From Monocercomonoides exilis PA203 (lineage: Eukaryota > Protista > Preaxostyla), in NCBI GenBank assembly GCA_001643675.2, contig LSRY02000006.1, positions 434,001 through 498,000 on the forward strand: 64,000 bases of DNA, written 5' to 3'. How positions within the stretch are numbered: the first letter of the stretch is position 1; each line of letters opens with the position of its first letter. Below are positions 12,929 to 24,700 of the stretch, piece after piece. A model generated the notes under the pieces. It ran no database searches. It was not told the DNA's origin and worked only from the letters and a program-made list of their open reading frames with translations. Made by a program: the position numbers and the translations under genes.

Positions 12929-13233
12929 GGATGAGTGGCAATCGTAACTTTAATAAGGCACTGCTTTTTCCTGATACTGATGGTATTATTGATCGGAATA
13001 TAGAAAAATGAAGTATTTCTATTATGCAATTTATATCATAAAATATTTTGCAAACATATCGATTTTTCAATCTCAAAATGTTTCGAAAAATAATTTTAAG
13101 GTTATATGATATTAATCTTTTTTTGTTTTTCACTCAAAAAACAAATTAATTAAAATTGAATTATTAAAAAAAGTTGTTACTTATTATTGTTTTAAGTGGC
13201 TGACCTGCAATAATTGCTATATTGAAATTGTGT

Positions 13234-16200
13234 ATGCAAGAAACGACGTTATTTCAAGAAATGTCTCGTCCGCGTCCATCAACCGTTTCATTTGGTCAAA
13301 AATATAATCATGACAACATAAAAAATGAAGAAAAGTTCAAAATTTCGTCGGACCCTCTATCTTTGAATTCTTCACGCGTTAAACAAGATTATTTATTCCA
13401 AGAGAAAACAATTCAAAAACAAAAGTCAAAGAAAAAGCTAATGCATAATGATGATGAAATAAGCCATCGCTCTCAGAAACACGGTATCTTTTAATTGATT
13501 GTTATCGATTTAAGAAAACATTTTTGATTTAGTTTCTCTTGAAAGTTTGGATGATGTTAGCCAGATATCATTATCATTGAATAAAGAACTTGAACAAGCA
13601 CAATTTTTAATGCCTGAAGGTGAAATAGGAAATTTTAAGAAACGAAGCTTTCAAGCATCTCCATCATTTTCTGTAAATGTTGCTGAATTTGACAAACACA
13701 AAGCGGAACACGAAGAGAGTTACAAAAATCTTCTTCGTGAAATAGATACTCTTATGACTTCTTCACATAAAAATCATAGCATTGGTCTTGGAAATGCGGC
13801 CGAACGATTTTCGCTTGGAGTTAGCAAAGATTATGATCAACTTTTACAATCTCAGTTAAATAGTGAAAAAAGATCCTCCTCGAACTCAAGGATTCAGCCA
13901 AAAACAGACACATTTGATCATCGTAGTTCGTATTATTTTCTTCTTTCTTTTTTTACGTTGATTTGCGATTCTTTTTTTGAATTTTTCAAATATGATATTG
14001 CTATTTAAAAAACAAAATAGAGCATGAACGGATATCCAATATTTGGAAATCAAAGCCCGCAGAACGCTCACACCGCAATACAAAAGCCAAGCTGCCTGCC
14101 ATAAAAGCAGGAATGAAACACGGCAAAGTGCGCTTGGAAGAAGAAGTGGCAGAGCTGGCGAAGACAATCGAAGAAGCTCAGAAGAAAAGAGCACGCGCTC
14201 AAAATGCCTTCTCAATGACGCTGAGCTCTCCACTTGGTGCGCCATCTTTCTCGCGAATTGCGCTTAGCCCGTCGATGCCTTCTCCATCTCCTTCGCCGTC
14301 TCCATCCTTTTCAAAGGAATCTTCAGGCGATTATTCGTTGTCCTCTTCAAGTGTTAACTCATCTCCGCATATGTCAATCGAGTCGATGGAAGAGCAAGTT
14401 CGACTAAGCTGTCCAGTCGATCGCCAGGCAACGCTTCTAATGAAAGGGCAGCCAGGCTTGGAGGAGGCAGACAGCGAAGATGTGATGGAGGCGTTTGTGC
14501 TGAAAACGCAGTGGCAGAGGAAGAAAGGAGGTGACACTGTTGAGAGGCTGATGAAGCAGAGCGAGAAGGAAGAGCAGCGGCTTCAAAAGGAGGCAGAAGC
14601 AATGCGAGAAGAGCTGATAAGGATCCGAAGGCTTCAAAAAGAAGAGGAGGAGAGGAAAAGAGAAGAGGAGGAGAGAAAGCTGAGAGAAGAGAAAGAAGCA
14701 AAAGAACAAGAGAGGCTTCGTATTTCTCAGTTGCTTGGGATTTCTATTGCTCGCCCTGTTTCTCCTATGAATGTACCATCGCCGTTACCATCTTCTGAAC
14801 CCTCAACTTTCAATTGCCGTGTGATTAATCGGACATCTTCAACAAATTCATTCTCATCTCCAAATGTCTCACAATCAACAACATCAATTCCTTCTCTCAA
14901 GCTTAACACACGCCCACGTCCAACTGAATCATACTGCAAAACAGACAGAGATAGAACCAGAAGAGGCTTAGCCACTGCCTCTTTGACTGAAAGAAGAGAA
15001 AGCAGAAAGGATTACTCAACTCCTAATCAAACAGGAATGCTTGGAAGTTCTGCAAGAAGAGAAAGATTGTTCTCATCTGATGTTATATCACGCAATTGTT
15101 ACATCTCTCCAAATGAAGAAGAGAAAGCCGAATGGGAAGATGAGAGTTCTCCGTTGCATCCAGGCTTCTCTTTTGCTCCGATTGTATTCTCTTCACTTCG
15201 TTCAACATACACCGCCCCTTCGTCGTTTTCTTCGTTGACACCAAGAATTCATCCTTCTTCAAACATATTCTCATCTTCCACTTCATTCTACACAGCAAAC
15301 AAGCAATTCGCACCTCGCTTAGAACAGAATTTTTCCGATTCAATGTGCTCCTCTTCAATTTCTCCTTCCTCCACTGTTTGGAACACTTCTGGTTATTCTC
15401 CAATATTCCCTGTTCAAAATTCAAATGCATTTGATTCGCTGACTCCAAACTCAAATGCGTTTTCTGGATTTCGCCATCCACAAATACCTCCCCTTCGAAT
15501 GTCATGCACTTTGCCAGCAAGCGCTTCAAACAGGAATTCATCTACTTTTCGTTCAAGTGCCATTTATGCTCCATCACCGCGAACTGCTAAGGAAGAAGCC
15601 TCGCCTCATGAAAAAAGGAGAAAAGAGGTGTTGGAACGCTACAAGAAGCTGACAAAGAAGGCTGAGACGGAAAGAGAGGAAAAAAGAAAAAAATGGGATA
15701 TCGAATCTCAAGCGAAAAAGATGGAAAGAGATAACGCACAACGCACTTCATCACCAAAAAGCAAAGGAAGCAGGAAAGTGTGGCTTGTTCAATCACCACA
15801 GCAAAGTTCTTCGACAGATTGTGATTTTGCTTATCCAGCAACTTCATCAGATTCGCTATCATCTCCCAAAACAGAACGAAGTTCATTCATTTTATCAGAT
15901 GCTTCCTCAACTAATCATTCAGAGCACACGTCACAAGGGTCAATTGAAGGTGATTGCACGTTTTCGCAGCATTTACCTTCACTCTTCTCGAAAGACTTAT
16001 TATCTCCTGTTGCAAGAAACTCTGCAACGCTCGAAACGCCATCTCAAAGGAATCAAAAACAACGTCAACTTCAACAGCAGCAAGTGGCAGTTACCTCTGT
16101 CGTGCTGCCAATGAAGCGCACTCAGCTTCGATGGAACATTCTTGTTCATGCTGCCTCACGTATGTTTTGCCTGGCAGATCAGCTGAAAGAAAACAGGATG

Positions 16201-18090
16201 CAAAGATCAGTCAAAATGATGATTAGAAATGTTATTCAGGAAATGAAAGAAAAAGACGAGGCACTCAAATTAAAGCAACGGAGAATAAAGATAATAAAAG
16301 CGTTCTGCGTGATTTCAAGGTATATTTTGTTGATGTTCTTTAATTTTTAACATTTTATTTTGTGTGATAAACAACTGTGATTCATCTGCTTTTCGAAAAA
16401 AAAATAATGTAAATTTTTGTGCAGAGCTATTGGTCGATTTGTTCTTATGTTCCGCACAAAAGAAAGAGAGACATCTTCAAAGTTGATTTATAACTTCCTA
16501 TTTGAAACGCGAGTGCAGATGGTATTCAAACTTCGGATGAGGACTTTCCATTACCTCGGTGTGACTTTAGCCATTCTTTTTATCTTTTGTTAATTCTCTT
16601 ATTGTTGAAATTGTTTGCCTTTGTTAACAATAAATGTTGAACTTGCAGTTATGCATGCGCAAAAATACATTAAAAACTACGTTGAATGCACAAAAGCTCG
16701 GTTGAGGGCACTTGATTTAATGGTGTGAATTTTTCTTTGAATAAATATTTTTTATTTTAATTTTTTATTATTTTTAATTATTATAATTATTATTTGACTT
16801 TATTAATTCTTTCAAATGCTTGTAATGATTTTTTATTCAATTTGAATTATTTTACATGTTATCATTTTTTAAAAGTGGTATGAAATGGAAGGGATGCTTG
16901 TTCAAGGAACTCCTTTTTCCTTGGCAAATCCTCGGCACTATCCAACAATTAGGGAAGATGGTCCAACACTCAATACTGGCTTGTCACTGAATTCAAACAG
17001 TTCCTCTTTTTCTTCTTCTTCATTTTCTCAGTCTATTCCTGATCAGCTTCCCATTTCGAGCTCACTGAATTCTCTTCTATCGGAACAAAATGTGTCTCAG
17101 GATATTGGATCTGATGCTGTTCAAAATCTTGCTCTTGATGCTCCAAAGAATTCCTCTGTTGTTTTGCCTTGTTCAAGCGGCATGGTTTTAATCGCTGAGG
17201 GAGATGAGCAACGTGCCAATACAATACTTGTAGACGGTTGTAAGTCAAATAATGTTGACGAAGCATTTGAAGAAGATGAGATTTTTAGCGAAGGAAATTC
17301 AGTTCACAGCAAAGCACCTTTTTCTTCATCTGTACCAATTGAGTATCGAGCCGAGCAGATTGTTAGAGATTTTCTGAATTGTGTTGGCTTTTCAATGTTT
17401 CCTTCTCTTTCGACAAGTAACTCCACTTCTTCTCTCAGCAGTGCATCGTCTTTATACTCTCAAAATAGTAACTCAGCGTCTACAAATAATCTTTTGCAGA
17501 AATCTGCTTCATCATCAACAGATACATTGCCTTCTCTTTCGGCCGTCTCTCTGAAGCAGTCACCATCGATTTCAACTTTCATTCCAATCTCAAACAGAGT
17601 CAAGGATATTCGCTGCTCACAAGCTGAATTTGAAAAAGTGAGGGAAAATGAAACAAGAAAAAAGACCATGCACCAATCAAGAAAAAAGGAGAGGCCATTT
17701 CTCGTTCCTGAGGGGATAAGACATCGTATATTAAAGGCGAAATTACGAGAGATGCGGAGGCTATATATAAAGGAGGAAGAAGCCAGAAAGAAAGATGAAA
17801 TAGAGAAAAGGATGATAATAGAAGAAATCAGACAAAAAAATAAAAATCAACACAATTATTTCGATATCGGAGAAAAGGAAAATAATAATAATCTTATTGG
17901 TTGTTCTGGAAGATCTAATTCAGAACTATGGAAACCATCAATTTTCTCTGAAGAAGAGAAAGAAAAGATGAATTTCGAAAACATATCCATAAAAGAACAG
18001 TCTATTTTTAAACTATTTGGGAAGATGAGACTTTTGATGAAGAAATTTGTCCTTGAAGGAATGCTTATAATTGTTCAAAATGGTAAATGA
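13234..18090 (+). CDS. Uncharacterised 6-exon protein (~1454 aa) with coiled coils, Ser-rich tracts and a short helical IQ-like region
   Basis: Exons 13234-13483, 13533-13925, 14021-16319, 16425-16558, 16649-16722 and 16876-18090 join in frame through GT-AG, AT-rich introns and link four separate ORF-track entries. The spliced core reads ...RAIGRFVLMFRTKERETSSKLIYNFL...VMHAQKYIKNYVECTKARLRALDLMWYEME. Start could be ATG 13261. Confidence 0.72.
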
Positions 18091-18727
18091 ACCAAAAACA
18101 ATGGAAGAATTTTTTGTATGAATTTTTTACAAAATATTTCGTTTTATTTCATTTTTATTTTTATTTTTTTGAGTATTTTGTTTCACACTTGTCACCTTGG
18201 ATGCATTTCATCCAAATGATTTATATACTATTGTAGCCTAACATATCGTGTTGCATGCCATTATTCATATCCATTTCGAAAAGAATAATAAAAACGAAAA
18301 TTTTAATAAACTAATGCTTCCATTTGTTGGTGTTAAATGCATTTTGAATGCTCAAAAAAGATTCAACTTGATCATTAAATCGCAATCTTTTTCACTCTTA
18401 ATCGCATTCTCATCATCAAGCAAGCAAATGGAAATACCACATCCGAAGCGATGTATTCTTTGATGCACAATTTTTCGAGAACAACTTTCGAATCAGCAAC
18501 TATCATTCGTGTTGCTCTTTGCAGCATTCACATTATCTTCTGAACCAATTTCTTTTCCTTTTCCTTTTTGACTTTTTGCTTGAAGTTTCCGAGCATTGAA
18601 TCAAAAAAAAGGAAAGGCTTCTGATTGCAAATGAATGAAATGTGAAATTACAATTTTTCAATATCTCCCCTTTCGTTGTGTTTCCTCATCACCTATCTTC
18701 ACTCTCCACTTTTCTTTCTCACTCTAT

Positions 18728-21700
18728 TCAAAAACTCACAAAGCTTGTTTCAGCATCTCCACTTTCTTTGTTTCCATGCTTCTCCGAAACAAGTTCATAA
18801 TCCACCGCATCTGACATCGTCAGCACCTGAGCAGATTCGGGGAATCGCTGGATGAACACTCGCTTCAAATCATTCAGCGAAGGTCTTCTGCTCACATGAT
18901 TCGACAGACAATTCTTAATGATCTCCAGCAATGGTGTTTGCATCACACCATCCAACATTGGCCTCTCCCCATTCACGATCTTCTGCCCTGCCACCTCTGC
19001 CTCATAATCACCAAACGGAATCTTCAGAGTCAGACACTCCCACAGCATCATCCCGATCGAGAATGCCACCGACTCCTTGGTTGCCCCCATCTTCTTGTTG
19101 ATCAGCAACTCAGGTGCCTTCCACCTCAGACACTCTTTCTTGAAGTCATCCTCATCCTCAAAGGCAGACGAGGGAAGGGAGTCATCATCATCATCATTAT
19201 CACTTGCAGATGTCACAATTGTTGATGAAGAAATGGATGATGAATCTGAGTCATCATCAGACAATAAGTCAGAATGCATCACAATGCAGATGACCATATG
19301 CTCAGAGAACAACACAATGTGAGGGCTCAAACTGGATAATGACTGAAGCTTGTTTTCCATCTCGTCAAAGGAGTGAAGAGCTCCATTTGCTACCCAGAAC
19401 AGGATCTGAGAAGCTGTCTGCTCCCTCTCCTTCAACGACCCGATCGGCATCTCCTTTGTCTTATTCCTTCCATGGAGCAACATGAACAGAGAATCCCTCA
19501 AGTCCACGATCAATTTCTCATGTGGAGATGAACAGGCCATTGCATCCACCAAGTTCGACATTGATGAGGTGGTTGGGCAAAGATCCTCTCTCTGAACAAA
19601 AGTCGAATCAGAATCAGCTGTCAAAGTGGATGAGATGGATGGAGAAGGAGTTCTCTTCCTTGTTTCCTCTTCTTCCTCTTCCTTCTCATCAACCTTCTCC
19701 AGTGCCCATTGAGGGATCTTGTCTGAATCTCTTCCAAGAATGTATTCAGTCGATCCACATTCGCTCAGCAAATGCTCTGATGACTCTGAATGCTGCATCT
19801 GCTTCCCATACACCCTCTTCTTGATCCTCTCCTCGTTCTTCTTCTCTGCCTCCTCCTCTGCCCTCCTCCATTGCTCTTCAGGCGACATCTCCATCGTCAC
19901 CATCTCAAACGCCTTCGGATCCTTCTTCACCGTGTCTTCCACAATTATCTCCAACTCTTCCGTTCTTCTCTTTTGTTTTCTCCATCGAACAATGAATATC
20001 ACTGCAATTATTAGAATTATTAAAAGAACAAAGGCCATTATAATCACAATTATTGGCCAGATCGATTTTCCTTCTTTTCCTCCTTCAACAATCCTTTCAT
20101 CTCCCTTCGATTCAACCTCGCTCCTGTTCTTCAGGATGAATGACTCAGTTGCCGAGGGAGAATGGCCATCTCCAAACAAGATGCACACCCTCACTTCCGC
20201 ACTCGCCTCTGCTCCCCTCACCATCTCCAACCCAGTTGTGCCATGCACTTCCTCTTCACTCACAAACCCAGACTCACTTATCTCGTGTGTCTCCATCTGC
20301 TCCACATCCCCCACCGACGAAACAACCCGAAACGACAGGTTGCATGGCAGAAGAAGTGTGCCCCTGAACACAACATCCAGCACCCCTTCCTTCTCCTCTG
20401 TCTCCACCGATCGGAGTGTGGGGATGAACAATGGAGATGCTCGCTCCTCAACAATCCCCATCAAACTGCATCCATCATTCTGAATCCACATAGATGAATT
20501 GGGATAAACCCCATCTCCTCCCTTCAGACTTATGATATTCAGCTGAGCAGAATCCGAACACAATATGTTTCTCCGAGCTGAGGGATATTTTCCAATCGAT
20601 GGGTTGTTGTTCGCAAACTCTCCTTTCTCAATCACCACATTTCCTCCTCTCACTGACAATCCTCCTTCTGATGAATTTTTAATTGTTGATTCTTTCAAGA
20701 AAACTTCACTTCTTGTGAAATCAACAATTGATCCATTCCACTGGCAGATCATATCGGTGGAACCATTCATTTCTTCTGCTTTTGATATTGTGTTTCCCTC
20801 AAACGTACACAATTCCATCAGAACGTTGTTGGACGAAGATATTGTCACCTGACTTCCTTTCTCAGAATCTGATGTGCAATCACAAATAGAGCAGTTGAAC
20901 ATTTCAAATGCAGATCTCATGTTCGACAAGTGAACAATGCATGCATCTGATGCCGTACGGCTAATGTGTTCAAACGACGAATGCAACAATGAAAGCGAAA
21001 AAGAAGGATCATGACTAATCGAAATCGAACACTCGCCTTGCAGAGTGATGTTTGTTGCTGCCAACTTCGAAATTCTTATTTTCTCACTCTTTACACAATT
21101 AATCACTGAGCTTGTGCATTGGGCATTGCAAATCGTTAGCTCTTCGAAAGTTGCTCTTTCTGAATTCAATATCATGAACACAGGCTTCAAAATTTTTAAA
21201 TTATCAACATTGCATCGATCAACTTCACAGATCCCACTTTCAACAACAATCAGAGAAAAGTCAAAAAGGGCTTGTGAATTCTCTGTTGTTCTGCTTTCTG
21301 GCAAGAATGAAACAGATTCGAGAACGACAGATCCATTCAATTGGCGAATTAAGCACGAGCAGAAAATATTCTTCATTTCATCAAAAACAAATGCAACTTT
21401 CTCAATTCGAACAGAATCTGAAGTTGTCATTGCCCCTTCATCAGCCAAATCGATTTCATTCATTTTTATCTCAGCATTCCTGCTCACCTCCATCGACTTG
21501 ATTGTCACCTTCTGAGCGGAGCATGAGCCAGTTAGTGTTGTCTCATTCCATATCAGCAGTTGTGAATAATCAGATGGGATGATGTGGCCCACCCCAACAT
21601 TCAGAGATGAGCATGCACCCTTCATTTCTCCACAATTCTTGCTGTCACTGTTGTTCCCCACAATCGAAGACACAAATATGAATTCGCTCCTAAACACATA

Positions 21701-24700
21701 CACTCTCCCCAACAGATCCTCTTCATCCACATAATCATTAACAGTGCATCCCCAAATAGCCAGATCCTTCACAAACGGCTCTCCAAAATTTATCAAAAAC
21801 TGGGATTCACTTATTTGCGAGTCAAGATCAGTGCACTTCACAAACACATCTCTCCCTTTCAGTGCAACGTTCCCCCTGAATGAAATGTTCGACAGCACAA
21901 ATGACAATGCCTTCTGTGTGGCGCTCATTGATTTCAAAAACAACCCTCCTCCTCTCCCATTGTTCGAGCAGAAACAGTCTGTCACATTCGTGTGATTCAT
22001 CTCCAAACTCCCTTTCTCGTTGAGAAGGAAAAACATTCCTCCTCCTTCATTCGAGTTTGTCGATCCACATTCATCAATTGTGGAATTCTCCATTTTCAAT
22101 CTCACTTCATTCGGCACATCACAGCAAAGCAATGAGGGATTGTTTGACACACTGTGCTTCACATTCATGAATGTGCATTGCTCAAATACAATATTCCATA
22201 TTTCTTCTGAATTATCATTTCCACTTTTGAAAATCACACTTTCACTCATCGCAATTGCGCTTTTCCCAATCAATGAAATATCTTCAAAGGCCACATCGCT
22301 CATGGTAATCACACAATCAGCTGATAAACTCATAATCTCGTGCATCGTTGAGAATCCTGTCATCTTTGTCTTTTCAATTTCAACAATTCCTTTTTTCGCA
22401 CTGATCAGCACAAATGACACCTCGCCTTCCACATTGTCACTCATATGTATTGAGCAACAAACAATACTCGTTTTGATTGCGTCTGAGCTTGTCTGAATGA
22501 GAATGCTTGCTCCGTTGTCAAAGGAGCTGGGAATCAGAATCCCCACTTCTTTGAATTGAACAATTCCTTTGCACTCAACAACAGCACCGCTATTCCCTTC
22601 AAGTGCTTGAGCAAATTGGATTTTGTCTGATTTCATATTTGTTCCTTTTAGTATCATTCCACTCATGCACGTTTCATTCCTCACATCGCATAGTCCCTGA
22701 ATGGCAATTGATTCAATCCCCAAGTTACTCCCTCGCTTCACTCCATAGTCAACAGAACCACATGGATACTCTTCCAATCCACACACAACCACATTGTTTC
22801 CTTCCCGTGCAACATACACACTCGATTCAATCGCTTTCCAGAAATAGATCAGGGGAATTGCACATTCCATGTTTCCTCCGTCATATCCTCTCATTGAGTC
22901 TTCGGTCAGTATCTCCAATCTGTCTTTCACAAATGGCAGAGTTTCGTTCTTGACGCTGCTTGCAAGCGATGGAGACGAAATGAACAGATCCTTCCCATAT
23001 TTCGCATTGTTTGGTTTGTCAGATGAAAAAACAGGTGATGATATCACAAACCCTGCTTTTCCTTCTTCTTCTTTCAGTATCTTCAGCATTATTCCTCCTC
23101 CATATCCAACACGTTCCCCTTCATATGGTGCTCTGCAACAATAAAACTTGCACTCTTTCATCAACAGGTTCGTATATGTTGATGCTTCATAAAAGAGCGC
23201 ACCTCCTCCAATCTCAGTTCCCTCCTCTTCAACAGCACACCCTTCAAATGTGCAGTCATTTATTTCCACTTTGTAATCTCTTCCATCATCATCATTCTCA
23301 TTGTTCACAACACGTATGCACCCTCCGCTTCCCTTCGAACGAGAAACAGAAGAAAATGTGCATCCCGACATCTCTTCAATAATCCCTTTGCGGCACTCAA
23401 CAACGCATCCATCACCAAATGTGATTTCTTCAAAATCGCTCTTCGTCATATTCATCGAAGGCACACTTTCGGCATTCCCTTCAACAACAAATACCGATGA
23501 ATCTCCAATTTTCATATTCTTTGTTGCAAACTCACTCACCTCCACAACCCCTCCAATAGCCTTCACAAGCACTGTAGAAATTGCTTCAGTGCCTCCTTCC
23601 ATCCCACATTCATTAAGTTTAAGCTTCCCTGAACAGCACTCAAACACTCTTTCATGAAAAGTCAGTGACTTTTTCATTGAAAACACAATACCTATCACAG
23701 ACGCAGTGATTGTATTCTCTATCAATCCTCTTTGTGCTCCCTCTTTCTGATCAGAAACATCACACTTTATTTTTCCCACTTTTCCTTTGATGCTCCATTC
23801 ATTCGAAGTCAACCTCAATTCATCCTCAAAGGCAAATGGCTCAAGAAGAGCAACATCCTTTTTCTTCCCTTCAAAGTGGACTGATGCTGCCTTCGCAATC
23901 GTGGAGCATGGAAACTCTTCATATCCACACTTCGAGAAATCATGGCTCGATGACCCTCCTCCAACAAATGCAGATCCTGAAAAATTGTTCCACAAATAGA
24001 TACACAGCGGAATTGAAAACGATTCATCCCCATTTTCATATCCCTGCATCTTGCTTTTTGTATCAAACGAAGCTGTCAATGAAGTGATCTTCTCACTTGT
24101 TGCTGTTGATTCCAGATCGATCGAGTCAGCAAAAATGTCACTTCCCCATCTGGCCCTGTTTCCTTCAAATGCCGATGAGATCAGAAAGTCTGCATTTGTA
24201 TCTCTCACTTTCAGCCCAATTCCCCCTCCTCTGCCTTGTGTGGTTGAAGCATAACAATTTTTCACAATTCCTCCTTTCACATTCAATGAATTCCCGCTTC
24301 CTAATTCAACTATCATTCCCCCTCCAAAATCACAGTATTCATTCCCACACCCATCAATCGTGCATCCTTCAAAAGTTATCGAAAATGGAACTTCACCCAC
24401 ACTCATCAGAGATGATCCTGCTGTTGTTCTCACAATGTTGCTGAACACACAGTTATCCAGAGACAATGTCACAGATGATTCTTGGGGCACAGATATCAAA
24501 CTTGTGGTTACGAATGTTTGACCCCATATCACATCTTGCATCTTCAACTCTCCATCATCGATTTTAACAAGCGAATTCTGAATGCTCCTCTCTTCTGAAT
24601 GAGCTGCATCCATCGATATATTCATTCTCTTCACATCCATCGATCCACTTCCCTTCACCTCAAACAGTCTGCATTGTCGGTTGTTTTCAAATGACGAGTT

